Positions 20,202 to 29,734 of a stretch of 64,000 nt of DNA are shown here, in pieces. The stretch is taken from contig JBKAGP010000001.1 in NCBI GenBank assembly GCA_046290465.1, positions 2,112,001 to 2,176,000 on the forward strand, in the 5' to 3' direction. Numbering within the stretch: the first letter of the stretch is position 1; each line of letters starts with the position of its first letter. The translations under genes were made by a program, and so were the position numbers. The notes below the pieces were generated by a model, which had not been told where the DNA came from, ran no database searches, and saw only the letters and a program-made list of their open reading frames with translations. The DNA is from Planctomycetota bacterium. Its GTDB lineage: Bacteria > Planctomycetota > UBA1135 > UBA2386.

Positions 20202-20716
20202 GTGCGGCGGTCTACGTCGGTCCCGCCCGCGTGCTGCGCATGGACGGCGAACGCCCCCACGTCCAGGTGCTCGGCGGAGGCTGCGAGACGGCGACGGCGG
20301 ACTGGGCACTGCCGTTCCGCTACGAGCCGGCGACGGGCGACCTGCTGCTGGTGATCGGACAGAGCGGCCGCTACTGGGTGACCGGCATCGTGCACGGGGC
20401 CGGACGATCGCAGCTCGCGTTTGCTGGCCACACCGAGCTGAACGCGGCCGGCGGACCGCTGCACCTGTCCGCCGACGGCGGCGTTCGCATCCAGTCGCCA
20501 GCGGTCGGCGTCGAGGCCGATGTGTTCGAGACCGAGACGAACGCCACACACCAGCGGCTCGACCAGTGCGACAGCGAGGTCTCCGGCACCCTCGACGAGC
20601 GATCCGGGGAGAGCATGCGCGACATCGACGGCGAGGACGCGGTCACGGCTGCGCAGACCTCGACGGTGGCGGCGAGGGTCGCGAAGATCGACGGCGGCCT
20701 GCTGCGCCTCAGCTAG
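20198..20716 (+). CDS. Second DUF3540-family protein
   Basis: YVGPARVL, YEPATGDLLLV, AKIDGGLLRL; paralog of 9620-10195. Confidence 0.75.
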   Translation: MSAAVYVGPARVLRMDGERPHVQVLGGGCETATADWALPFRYEPATGDLLLVIGQSGRYWVTGIVHGAGRSQLAFAGHTELNAAGGPLHLSADGGVRIQSPAVGVEADVFETETNATHQRLDQCDSEVSGTLDERSGESMRDIDGEDAVTAAQTSTVAARVAKIDGGLLRLS

Positions 20717-20860
20717 GGCCGTGGGCCGCAGCGGCGACGCGCTTGTGACCGGTACGCGCACCATGGGCGGATGCGCGCACGGCCCGCGCGGCGCTCGCCG
20801 CGCCTCGGTCTCGCTCGCCCTCTGGCCTGAGCTGCACCGCCTCGGTACGTTGACCCACCG

Positions 20861-21730
20861 ATGACGCAAGGTCACGACAACCAGGCACCCGACGGCGCGA
20901 TCGACGTCTCGTTCGATACGCTCGCCCGGCTGCTCGGCGGCGCGCGCGCGGCCGAGGCCCTTGCCGACCATGCCGACGCCGCACCGCACATCGCGGCGCT
21001 CGACGGTCCCGCCGCATGGCTGACGCCCGGCACCGACGCCACGACACCGAGCGCCGGCACCATCCGCCAGCTCGCGCTCGAGGTGCTGTCGCTCAAGCTT
21101 CGCACGTTCGCGGCGATCGTCGACCAGGTGCCGCCGCAGCTGCCGTCGCTGCCGCCCGAGCACGTTCGGGTGCAGCTGCTCGACGGCACCGGCCTGCCCG
21201 GCGCAAGGCGCTGGAACGTGCATGTGTCGCTCGTCGCCGGTGGCGGTGCGCCCGCCGACCGCGCCGCCGGTGCCGACGCCGGCCTGCGCACGTCGCTGGG
21301 TCGGCTGCTGGCGCGCCTGCTGTTCGAGAGCGACCGACGCCGTGGCGATGAGGCGCAGCAGCACGGCGTCGGCCTGGCCAGCACGTTCGCCACCGGCTCT
21401 GGCACGTCGCCCGCCGAGAACGCCGAACGCCTGTTCGCCAACGGTCCGGGCGGAGACAGCTCCGTGGTGCTGTTCTCGTCGGGGCATCGCGACCTGCTCG
21501 CGGGCAAGGCCCTGCCGGCAGGGCTGTGGGCGCAGGTCGGTGGACTGCTGCTACGTCTGCTGACGGACGTCTCCGAGTTCTCGCTGCCCGACCCTCCGAT
21601 CGACGCGTTGCGTCCGCGGCTTGCGCAGCTGATCCGACGACTCGACATCGCGACGTTCGGCGCCATCGCGCGGCGCGACGAGATCAGCGACCTGCTGCGC
21701 CAGAACCTGGCGCGCCTGAAGCAGGACTGA
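20861..21730 (+). CDS. Hypothetical protein at the end of the T6SS locus
   Basis: 289-aa ORF with genome-typical codon usage, co-oriented with the T6SS genes. Confidence 0.65.
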   Translation: MTQGHDNQAPDGAIDVSFDTLARLLGGARAAEALADHADAAPHIAALDGPAAWLTPGTDATTPSAGTIRQLALEVLSLKLRTFAAIVDQVPPQLPSLPPEHVRVQLLDGTGLPGARRWNVHVSLVAGGGAPADRAAGADAGLRTSLGRLLARLLFESDRRRGDEAQQHGVGLASTFATGSGTSPAENAERLFANGPGGDSSVVLFSSGHRDLLAGKALPAGLWAQVGGLLLRLLTDVSEFSLPDPPIDALRPRLAQLIRRLDIATFGAIARRDEISDLLRQNLARLKQD

Positions 21731-21833
21731 GGCGGCCCAGGATCAAGGAGGAACGGCATCGGGTCGATGCCCGGGACGCGCAAGCGGGTCGACACGGCCG
21801 CGATGGTCGAGGCCGTGCCGGTGCGGACGCGTG

Positions 21834-23693
21834 CTACTTCGCGAACGCCTCGACCTCGCAGAGACGGCTGAACGACGGGAACGTCAACCCGTGGCAGCCC
21901 TGCGTGACGATGCGCACGTAGCGCACCGTCCGCGGCTCGAAGCGGTGCTCGACGAAGCTCTGTTCGCCGCGCGTGCCCTTGCCCGACGTGCCGACCTGCT
22001 GCCACGCCGATCCGTCGACGGAGACGTGCAGGTCGTAGATCTCGTGGCTCTGGCCGACCGCGCGTTCGTGCACGACCACGCGCCCGACCGTCGCCGGGAC
22101 GCGCAGCTCGAGCGTGATCTCGAGCGGCTGTGGCTGCGTCGGGTAGCCGAGGAAGTGGTCGAACCGGTCCGGGATGCCGTTGGTCAGACGGTCCGGACCG
22201 AACACCGGCTGGCTCGTGCCGGCCGACGCGGTCACCCTGGCGCGGTATGCGTAGTTGTCGCGCTGCGTCGCAGGATCCGCAAACGCGGTGCGGCCCAGAT
22301 CGGTGCGAGCAACCGCCGCGCAGCGCGGCAGCAGACGCCGCTGCCGCTCCTGGAACCCGTCGAAGTCGCGTTCGCCGTCGGGGTTCCACGCCCTCGCGGC
22401 CACCGCCGCGAAGCGCGGCACGCACAGCTTGGCGACGTTCTCCTGGCGGCCCTCCCACCACGGCATCATGAAGCCGACGATGCCGTCCCGGGTGCGCGTG
22501 CGGTGCGGCTCCGCGAACGTCGGCATGCCGTGGTTGACGTGCTTGAACTCCTGCAGGTCCCACTGGTAGCACCGCTTGACCGGCACCGCGGTGAACATCG
22601 TGCGCGGGTAGTGGTCGACGATGTACATCGGATCCCACGCCGCGTTGACGACCTGGTAGCCGGCGTCGAGCATCTGCTGGGCCGGGAAGTCGACGGTGCG
22701 CCAGTTGACGTGCAGCACGTCGGTGTCGACCTTGTGCTTGCCCTCGCCGAGGCGCGGCCCCTCCCACGCCATCGGCCGCCGCCCGCGCTGCTTGACGAAC
22801 AACGCCAGCCGGCTGACGAAGTCGCGCTGGTCGTCCTCCGGCACGCCGTAGGCCTCGTCGCCGCCGATGTGCACGTAGGGCGACGACGCGAACACCTGCA
22901 TCAACTCCGCCAGCAGCGCCTTCATGCCCTCGGTCGCCGACGGCAGTGTGGCGAGGTCCTTGGGCGACTTGCCGAACACCTCCGGGTAACGCTGGCGCAG
23001 GATCGTCGAGTGCGCCGGCACGTCGATCTCCGGGATGATCGCGACGCCGCGCGCCCGGGCGTACTGCTCCAGATCGACGAAGTCCTGCCACGACCACCCC
23101 GACCGTTCGTCGAACAGCTTCGGATAGACGCGCGACGGCCAGCTGAACAGCTGGTCGTCGCTCAGGTGCAGCTGCAGGTAGTTGACCTTGTAAAACCAGC
23201 ACGCGTCGACGATCTGCCGCAGCACGGCGGGGCCGTGCGGATTGCGCCCCATGTCGACCATGAAGCAGCGGAACGGCATCGCCGGCTCGTCGGTGATCGT
23301 GACCCGCGGGAACGTCGCCACGCCGTCGACGATCTCGGCCAGCTGCAGCAGCGTCGCGGCCGCGCGCGCAGCACCCTGCGGCGCCGCCGCGGTCACCACC
23401 AGGCCGGCCTCGTCGGGCGCGATCCGGTACCACTCCGCGCCCCCGGCGTCGGCCTGGTAGCGGAACGACACGCGCCCGGGAGCGCTCGACTTCTGCTGCA
23501 GCCGCGCGCCGGCGAGCTGCAGCGCGCTCGCGAACGCGCTGCCCTGCGACGACGTCTCGATGCTGCCACCAGTGACCCGGCCGATCGCGACCGCGCCGTC
23601 CGCGCGCACGACCTGGCGCGGCTGCGGCACGACCGGCAACTGCGCCGCCACCGTGCCGGCGAGCGCGAGGCACGCCGTCATCGTGCGCATCAT
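21834..23693 (-). CDS. Secreted GH20 beta-N-acetylhexosaminidase with C-terminal F5/8-like domain
   Basis: Signal peptide, ITDEPAMPFR, LQLHLSDDQ, IPEIDVPAH, HIGGDEA catalytic motif. Confidence 0.88.
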   Translation of the reverse strand: MMRTMTACLALAGTVAAQLPVVPQPRQVVRADGAVAIGRVTGGSIETSSQGSAFASALQLAGARLQQKSSAPGRVSFRYQADAGGAEWYRIAPDEAGLVVTAAAPQGAARAAATLLQLAEIVDGVATFPRVTITDEPAMPFRCFMVDMGRNPHGPAVLRQIVDACWFYKVNYLQLHLSDDQLFSWPSRVYPKLFDERSGWSWQDFVDLEQYARARGVAIIPEIDVPAHSTILRQRYPEVFGKSPKDLATLPSATEGMKALLAELMQVFASSPYVHIGGDEAYGVPEDDQRDFVSRLALFVKQRGRRPMAWEGPRLGEGKHKVDTDVLHVNWRTVDFPAQQMLDAGYQVVNAAWDPMYIVDHYPRTMFTAVPVKRCYQWDLQEFKHVNHGMPTFAEPHRTRTRDGIVGFMMPWWEGRQENVAKLCVPRFAAVAARAWNPDGERDFDGFQERQRRLLPRCAAVARTDLGRTAFADPATQRDNYAYRARVTASAGTSQPVFGPDRLTNGIPDRFDHFLGYPTQPQPLEITLELRVPATVGRVVVHERAVGQSHEIYDLHVSVDGSAWQQVGTSGKGTRGEQSFVEHRFEPRTVRYVRIVTQGCHGLTFPSFSRLCEVEAFAK

Positions 23694-24154
23694 GCGTCTT
23701 CCTCTTCCCAGAGGTCGTCGTCGGCCGCCCACTCGTGCAGCGTCTCGGCGCGGCTGATCAGCATCGGCACCAGCTCGGCGTCGTCGGCGATGCCCTCGAT
23801 CTCGATCGCGTCGCTGACCTTGCCGTCGCGCACGTCCTGCGCGTAGGCGAGCCAGCGGTCGGCGATGGCGTGCATCGCGTCGCGCGGATGCGGGTGATCG
23901 TCCGCCGACGCCAGGTCCATCGGGACGTCGCCGGAGATCACCCACGCCCCCACCGTCTCGGGACGCCGCTTGCTCTCGATCGCCCACAGCGCCACGTAGG
24001 GCGCCACGAACCACGCCGGCTCCTCGCCGATGCGGCCGTGCTCGACCTTCTCGTCGCGCAGGTAGGTCTCGACATGGCCGCGCACTTCCGCGCACCAGCG
24101 GTCCTGGACCGCGGGATCGTCCCAATCGGGCTCTCGATGGTCTGCTTCGCTCAT
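23690..24154 (-). CDS. DUF4826-like protein
   Basis: PYVALWAIES...WVISGDVPMD...RDAMHAIADRW. Confidence 0.7.
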   Translation of the reverse strand: MSEADHREPDWDDPAVQDRWCAEVRGHVETYLRDEKVEHGRIGEEPAWFVAPYVALWAIESKRRPETVGAWVISGDVPMDLASADDHPHPRDAMHAIADRWLAYAQDVRDGKVSDAIEIEGIADDAELVPMLISRAETLHEWAADDDLWEEEDA

Positions 24155-25143
24155 GGCTGCTGGTCGACCTTCGTGGTCGCTTGCTCCTCGGACCGCCCGT
24201 TGCCGGACGGCTTGTGGTGGTTGGATGGCTCGCCCCCGGCCGCACCGTTGCCGGAGCCCGAACCCGATGGCGTCGCCTCCTTCGCGGGCCCCTTCTTCGG
24301 TTGGCCCTTCTTCGGTTGGCCCGTCTTCGGTTGGCCCGTCTTCGGTTGGCCCGTCTTCGGTTGGCCCGCCTCAGGTTGGGCCTGCTTTGGTAGGGGCTTC
24401 TTCGCGAGTTCCTTCATCGCCGCGTGCGTCGGCGGCTGCTTCAGTCGCTGGTGCACGCCCTTCATGCCCTCGGTGCGCAGCACGTGCAGGAAGTAGTTGC
24501 GGCCGCGCACGTAGCTCGGGTCCAGGCCGACTGCGAGGCCGCCGTACGGCCCCGTCAGCATGAAGTCCTCGAGCCCGAGTTCGCGTTCGGCGATCAGCTC
24601 CTCGACGAGCACCGCGTGCCCCTCGATCAGCCATTTGTAGCGCAGGATCTCGTCGATCTCCGTCGCGGCCTCGAGCTTCGACGGCAGGCCGAAGTGCACC
24701 TCCTGCAGCGCGTGCACGATCTCGTGCGCGATGGTCGCCTTCTGGTGCGCGACCGCCTTGCGCGTATGCCGCGGCGCGTCGTCGTCGAGATCCTTGATCA
24801 GCGGCGCGACCACCAGCGGCGACAGCACGATCTCCTTCGAGCTCGCCAGGTAGACGCCCAGCGTCGACACGCTCATCTGGAACAGCTCGCGCCCGCCCTC
24901 GATCTCGAACTCGCGCTGGATCAGTTCGCGCCATTCCTTGTGCTTGGCGGCGCGGACCGTGGGCGGCGTCTCGAACTTCAGCTGCGCATACTTCTCGACG
25001 ATCCGAACCATCTCGTCGACGGCCTTCTGCAGCCGCAGGTCGCGCTTGCTCGGCGGCTTCTTCTCGAGCGGGTCCTGCTGCGCCGAAGCACCGACGGACA
25101 GCGCCAACGCGACGCACAGGGCCGAGGTGATCGGAGAACGCAT
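24151..25143 (-). CDS. Secreted zincin-like metallopeptidase with C-terminal (GQPKT) repeats
   Basis: Signal peptide; AHEIVHALQE plus downstream LIEGHA. Confidence 0.7.
   Translation of the reverse strand: MRSPITSALCVALALSVGASAQQDPLEKKPPSKRDLRLQKAVDEMVRIVEKYAQLKFETPPTVRAAKHKEWRELIQREFEIEGGRELFQMSVSTLGVYLASSKEIVLSPLVVAPLIKDLDDDAPRHTRKAVAHQKATIAHEIVHALQEVHFGLPSKLEAATEIDEILRYKWLIEGHAVLVEELIAERELGLEDFMLTGPYGGLAVGLDPSYVRGRNYFLHVLRTEGMKGVHQRLKQPPTHAAMKELAKKPLPKQAQPEAGQPKTGQPKTGQPKTGQPKKGQPKKGPAKEATPSGSGSGNGAAGGEPSNHHKPSGNGRSEEQATTKVDQQP
24291..24380 (-). repeat. 15-bp coding tandem repeat (GQPKT/GQPKK, about 6 units)
   Basis: cttcggttggccc units directly visible. Confidence 0.9.
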
Positions 25144-25343
25144 CGCGGCACGATAGCAGCGCCGCGCCTGCTATCCGGCCAGAATCGCGGCGGCGCGTGG
25201 ACGCCGCGGACGACGGCATCGATGCCGTTGCCGGTCGCCTGCCCGAACGGGTCGCGCAGCCGTCGGCAACGGCACAGGCAACAGCGCCAATGGTCCCGGC
25301 AGGTCCGCGCCGGCCTGATCCGCTCCGCCGCGCGCCGCGCCCC

Positions 25344-25667
25344 CTACTCCGGCTCCGACCGACCGCGGCCTTGCAATGGCTGGCCGTTTGCGACTGCCCG
25401 ACGCCGCGCCACCACGTGCGCGATCAGCACCGCCACCGCCACGTAGCACGCCCAGCTGATCGCAACCGCCGCCGGCAGGTCCCGGTTGCCCAGCGGCCCA
25501 CCGGCCGCCCGCAGGATCCCGGTGCCCGGCGCGAAGAACGCCGCCTGCACATTGCCCACCGGCGAAAGCCCCGAACTCCCGTCCTCCGCCCCGAGGTAGG
25601 CCACCGAGAACCCACCCCACAACGTCACGACCCCCACCCCGACTCCATACACACCAAGCCGTCGCAT
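25344..25667 (-). CDS. Small membrane protein
   Basis: Two hydrophobic segments, 107 aa. Confidence 0.5.
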   Translation of the reverse strand: MRRLGVYGVGVGVVTLWGGFSVAYLGAEDGSSGLSPVGNVQAAFFAPGTGILRAAGGPLGNRDLPAAVAISWACYVAVAVLIAHVVARRRAVANGQPLQGRGRSEPE

Positions 25668-25704
25668 CCCCCCGTTCTACCCCATCCCCCCAATCCCAAT
25701 CCCA

Positions 25705-25771
25705 CCGCATACCGAACCGGGTTCATCCTGCGCCGCTTCGCGGCGCAGGATGAACCCGGTTCGGTATGCGG
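25705..25771. repeat. Perfect 32-bp-stem palindrome (REP-like), copy 1
   Basis: CCGCATACCGAACCGGGTTCATCCTGCGCCGC-TTC-exact reverse complement. Confidence 0.9.
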
Positions 25772-25868
25772 CACTTCAGCATGTGCGTCACCCTTTCGGG
25801 CCGATCGCCACGGCAGCGCGGACGCACGCACGGAGCCAGCCCTCACGCCCAGGGCCGCGGCTCGAGCA

Positions 25869-26297
25869 CTACCGCTGCCACAGACCGTGCTGCACGCCGC
25901 CCTGCAGGTAGATCGCGAACCTGCCGTGCCCCGGAATCTCCATCGGCGGCACCGCGAGTTCGCAGCCCGCGTCCACCGCCGCGGCGACCGCACCCTCGAG
26001 GTCGTCGACGAGCCAGTATGGCCGCACCACCGGATCCTCGTCGTCGCGCATCGGCGCCCGCACGCCGACCAGGCTGCCATCGGGCATCGCCGCCGTGCGC
26101 GCGTTGCCGAGGCCGACGTCCGGCTCGCCGAACGGCACGCCATTGGCGGCGGCGTAGACGGCGCACACGGCGTCGACGTCCTTGGTGACGATCTCGAGGT
26201 AGCGGATCTGCATGGTATCGATCTCCGGGGTCTGGCTGCCGGTCGGCCCGACACAGCCGTGGCACAGCAGCAACCACGCGAACAGTGCGGCTCTCAT
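25869..26297 (-). CDS. VOC/glyoxalase family protein (alternative start 26213)
   Basis: MQIRYLEIVT...RPYWLVDDLE...PPMEIPGHGRFAIY..GGVQHGLWQ. Confidence 0.8.
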   Translation of the reverse strand: MRAALFAWLLLCHGCVGPTGSQTPEIDTMQIRYLEIVTKDVDAVCAVYAAANGVPFGEPDVGLGNARTAAMPDGSLVGVRAPMRDDEDPVVRPYWLVDDLEGAVAAAVDAGCELAVPPMEIPGHGRFAIYLQGGVQHGLWQR

Positions 26298-26370
26298 CGC
26301 TGCAGCAGACTACGCGGGCTCCCCGCTCGCAAGCTTCGCTGCCGGGCCGCGCCCTCGGCGCCCGACGCGC

Positions 26371-27156
26371 TCACCCCTGCTCGATCGCGAAGCACACCCC
26401 GACCGGATCCCGGATCACCGCGCGCGTCGCCTTGCCGCTGTCATCGGCCACGGACCGAACGATCTCCCCGCCGCCCGCCTCGACCTGCGCCAGGCTGGCC
26501 GCCAGATCACCGACCGGCAGGTGCATCAGCCAGACCGCTTCGACCTCGCGCTCGACGCCGCGCGCCTGCCGGATCGTGGCCACCGCCACGCCGCGTTCGC
26601 CGGTCAACTCGTAGTCGACGCCCCCGTCGGCACCCGGGACCTCCCGAACCGACCAACCGATCACGTCGCGGTAGAAGTCGCGCGCCGCGCCGGCGTCGGC
26701 GACCACCAGTTCGAACGAGGCGATCCGCCCAGCGGGCCGCGCTGCCGACCGCCCATCCTCCGCGTGCGCCGCAGCGTCCTCCGCCGACACGACCGGGATC
26801 ATCCCGAACGCGGCCCCGCCCGGATCGACGAGCACCGCACCCTGGCTGCGCCCGGCGTCGTCGCGGCCGTGCCACAGCTCCGTCGCCCCCATCGCGAGCC
26901 CGCGCGCAACGCTGGCCGCGACGTCGGCGACCTGGATGTGCGTCATCCACTGCAGCGGCAGGCTCTCGTATTCGGGCACGCGCTCGCCGAGGCCGATGAC
27001 CGGCGTGCCGTGGGCATTCATCAGGTCGTCACGCCAGAAAGGCGCGTCACCGGTGGTCAGGACCCGCGCGTAGAACGCCAGCTCGCAGTCGTGCTGCGGG
27101 ACGGCGATGTCAGCGCTCGGGATCTCACCGACGCCGGGAACGAGAGGACGGGTCAT
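26371..27156 (-). CDS. Two-domain VOC family protein
   Basis: WMTHIQVADV, DPGGAAFG, ARDFYRDVIGW, IRDPVG. Confidence 0.82.
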   Translation of the reverse strand: MTRPLVPGVGEIPSADIAVPQHDCELAFYARVLTTGDAPFWRDDLMNAHGTPVIGLGERVPEYESLPLQWMTHIQVADVAASVARGLAMGATELWHGRDDAGRSQGAVLVDPGGAAFGMIPVVSAEDAAAHAEDGRSAARPAGRIASFELVVADAGAARDFYRDVIGWSVREVPGADGGVDYELTGERGVAVATIRQARGVEREVEAVWLMHLPVGDLAASLAQVEAGGGEIVRSVADDSGKATRAVIRDPVGVCFAIEQG

Positions 27157-27290
27157 GGGCTTGCTGGATGCGGGTTCGACGCGAACGGCCATCATCGCCG
27201 ATGCGCGTGCGCACCGTCGACGACAACCGGTCGACAGCCCGTCCAGGTGACGTGAACCCGGATCCGACCGCAGGTCCGCGTCACGGGCGT

Positions 27291-27839
27291 TCACGGCTCC
27301 CATCGATCGTGCTCCGAGACCTGCCGCGCGACGTAGCCACCGCGCACGAGGTAGCGTCGCAGCGCGTCGGCGCGCTCTTCGCTCGACAACTCGACGCAGA
27401 ACGCACGTCCCGCGGCGACGCCGTCGAGCCCCCACTTCGCACGAACGACGGACACCCCGAACTCGGAGTAGAGGTGCCTGGCGACGGCCAGCGGATCGGG
27501 CTCGCCCGCAACCGATTCGACCACCACCACACGCCCCGGCTGCAGGTGTGGATCACCGGTCGCCTCGTAGCGACGCAGGTAGGTCTCGTGCGCATGTGCC
27601 GAGCCCGTCTCGAGGATCCTGCCGGTATCGCGTTCGACGATCAGCGGACCACCGCCGCCGTAGAACCTCGCGTGCTTGCGCGGCACGACGAAGAACATCC
27701 AGCCCCACGGCCGTTCGATCGTCAGCTCGTCCGCGACGACGAACTCGATGTCGTTGCGCGGCCCGGTGTAGTAGGGCTTCGGCTCCGGGTCGTTCCGCCA
27801 GCGGAGCGCCAGGTCACGGGCTTGCTCGAACGTGATCAT
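27291..27839 (-). CDS. YrhB/Imm35-like domain protein with extra C-terminal domain
   Basis: MITFEQA...TIERPWGWMFF...GGGPLIVERDTG...YLRRY resembles YrhB/Imm35. Confidence 0.6.
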   Translation of the reverse strand: MITFEQARDLALRWRNDPEPKPYYTGPRNDIEFVVADELTIERPWGWMFFVVPRKHARFYGGGGPLIVERDTGRILETGSAHAHETYLRRYEATGDPHLQPGRVVVVESVAGEPDPLAVARHLYSEFGVSVVRAKWGLDGVAAGRAFCVELSSEERADALRRYLVRGGYVARQVSEHDRWEP

Positions 27840-28242
27840 GGTATCGCTCGCCCATCACCGAAAGCCGCCCCCTCGCCGCGGACGAACGCTCGCCAACCAT
27901 CGGACTCCGCCAGCTGCTGGATCGCGACCATGCGACGCTCCAAGAACCGACGCATGTGCCGCGCAACCACCACTGCGTCCGCGATGCGGCCGAGCACGCG
28001 GCCATCAAGGCAACTGGAACGCCAAGGACCCGAATCGGTCGCGGCAACCGTCGCCAAGTGAGCGAGAGAAGAATCAACGCACCAAGTCCGAGCCCTGCTG
28101 CAACCACGAGAGCGCCCGACTCCGTTTCCGGCACGTAGGTCGTGATGCTGGCCAACGCTGAAATCGGCGACATCAGCAAGGCTGCGTTGAAGCCGAGGAC
28201 CACGAGACCCGGCGTCCGAGGAGGCTTCTTGCTATCCGGCAT
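27814..28242 (-). CDS. Integron cassette 6: membrane protein, possibly frameshifted
   Basis: ATG just after the GTTGGGC core of attC5; hydrophobic N-terminal half; no downstream attC seen. Confidence 0.5.
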   Translation of the reverse strand: MPDSKKPPRTPGLVVLGFNAALLMSPISALASITTYVPETESGALVVAAGLGLGALILLSLTWRRLPRPIRVLGVPVALMAACSAASRTQWWLRGTCVGSWSVAWSRSSSWRSPMVGERSSAARGRLSVMGERYHDHVRASP

Positions 28243-28251
28243 GCCCTGTCT

Positions 28252-28314
28252 GCCCAACGTCTGTCACGATCAGCTGCGAGGCGAAGCCTCGCCAGCTGCA
28301 TTGTGTCGTTGGGC
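28252..28314 (-). other. attC site 5 (63 bp)
   Basis: + strand GCCCAAC gtctgt CACGAT CAGCTG CGAGGC gaa GCCTCG c CAGCTG c ATTGTG tc GTTGGGC. Confidence 0.88.
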
Positions 28315-28333
28315 AGCATCCTACCACGCTTTG

Positions 28334-29023
28334 CTAGCGAGCACTCAGCCAAACAGAGTATCCCCAGACCGTGAGCAGGATCGTCAGGTTGCATGTCACA
28401 TGCGCGATGATTGGCACCACAACCCCACCCGTCCGCAGCCGCAGCGCGCCCATCATCACGGCGAACACTCCATAGCCGGCCGCGATCCCGATGCTGCTTG
28501 GATGGTGCGGGAGCACGAACAGGACTGATGTCAGGATCAGCGGCAACCATGAACTGCGGGCCAAGCTCTCGGCTGCAACCCACTCGAGCCCTCGACTTGT
28601 GAACTCCTCGGTCACCGGACCGAGAAGCCCAATCACGAGCCACACTACCCAAACAGTGGGATACGAATCCTCCGGACCGGCAGTCGCCATGGTCTGCCCC
28701 ATGAGGAACATGCATCCGTAACCCGCTAGGCCGACCAAGAAGCCGAGCAAGCAATCCCGCTTGCTCGGCTGCCTCCCCCAACTCATGCGGAGCCCAACTC
28801 GCCCGAACAAGGGGTAGGCCGCCAAGAGCAAGATGAAGGGCTGAAGGCGCAGGAACAACTCTCCCAGAGCAGAGGCTGGGTATTCACTCCATCCCCAGTC
28901 CGGAACAATCGTGTGCCAAGCAACAATCGCGACGGCCCACACAAGGACTGCAAGCCAACGCCAGCGGGCAGGCCCATCACCGGAGTTGCAATGACGAACA
29001 CTTGTTGGCGATGCCGCTACCAT
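28334..29023 (-). CDS. Integron cassette 5: CPBP (CAAX protease-like/Abi) intramembrane metalloprotease
   Basis: EEFTSRG, FVLPH, AHVTCN motifs; multiple TM segments. Confidence 0.85.
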   Translation of the reverse strand: MVAASPTSVRHCNSGDGPARWRWLAVLVWAVAIVAWHTIVPDWGWSEYPASALGELFLRLQPFILLLAAYPLFGRVGLRMSWGRQPSKRDCLLGFLVGLAGYGCMFLMGQTMATAGPEDSYPTVWVVWLVIGLLGPVTEEFTSRGLEWVAAESLARSSWLPLILTSVLFVLPHHPSSIGIAAGYGVFAVMMGALRLRTGGVVVPIIAHVTCNLTILLTVWGYSVWLSAR

Positions 29024-29027
29024 GCCT

Positions 29028-29091
29028 GCCCAACGTCTCAGGACGCTCACCTGCGGCGCGAAGCGCCGTCAGGTGCTGCGTCGAGTTGGGC
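29028..29091 (-). other. attC site 4 (64 bp)
   Basis: GCCCAAC gtctcag GACGC t CACCTG CGGCGC gaa GCGCCG t CAGGTG ct GCGTC ga GTTGGGC. Confidence 0.9.
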
Positions 29092-29107
29092 AGCCTACCA
29101 ACAACCG

Positions 29108-29326
29108 CTACTCGCTGCTGCCGTCTCTGCCGGGATCGCTGGCCCTCACGAACAGGCCGACCAACCAAAGAACGGCGCCGAGGGACGCGCCGACCGCCGC
29201 GAGGACGACCAAGCCGCAGGGGTTGCTGTCTTCTGTCCAACCGAGCGCATCCGTCAGACATACCAGCAAGAAGGGTAGGAGCGATGCGGCGATGATGATC
29301 AAGCCAACGATGCTCAGCCTGGACAT
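29108..29326 (-). CDS. Integron cassette 4: 72-aa two-TM protein
   Basis: ORF fits between attC3 and attC4. Confidence 0.65.
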   Translation of the reverse strand: MSRLSIVGLIIIAASLLPFLLVCLTDALGWTEDSNPCGLVVLAAVGASLGAVLWLVGLFVRASDPGRDGSSE

Positions 29327-29347
29327 GGAGTGCGCGCGCAGGGGCCT

Positions 29348-29411
29348 GCCCAACGTCTTTGGTCTCTCAGCTGCGAGCCGCAGGCTCGTCTGCTGCTGAG
29401 ACTAGTTAGAC
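29348..29411 (-). other. attC site 3 (64 bp)
   Basis: GCCCAAC...GTTAGAC hairpin; the cassette stop TAA lies within R''. Confidence 0.9.
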
Positions 29412-29723
29412 ACCGCTCGTGCCCGCTTGGTCAACCCGGCAACGGAACGCGAGGGTGTGAATGTCGGCGAGATTGATCGACTCCCAGTCATCTGACGTGT
29501 GCACGCCGACCCGCAATGCGCCGGCATACACGTGTGTGCCATCTCGAGTGCACTCAAGCTCGACAGGCGATGCAGGCTCCGCGAAGCGTGTCTTGATCGT
29601 CCACGCGTGCCCGCCATGCCCCGTGATCTCGCTCGTCGCATCGCGACCAGCACAGGTCACGCACCCCCGCGCCAGCAACTGATCACCAGCAAAAAACCCA
29701 AGCTCGATGTGCATCGTTGGCAT
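29406..29723 (-). CDS. Integron cassette 3: 105-aa hypothetical, identical to cassette 2
   Basis: Identical translation at a 387-bp offset. Confidence 0.75.
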   Translation of the reverse strand: MPTMHIELGFFAGDQLLARGCVTCAGRDATSEITGHGGHAWTIKTRFAEPASPVELECTRDGTHVYAGALRVGVHTSDDWESINLADIHTLAFRCRVDQAGTSGV

Positions 29724-29734
29724 CGGTCGCGCGT

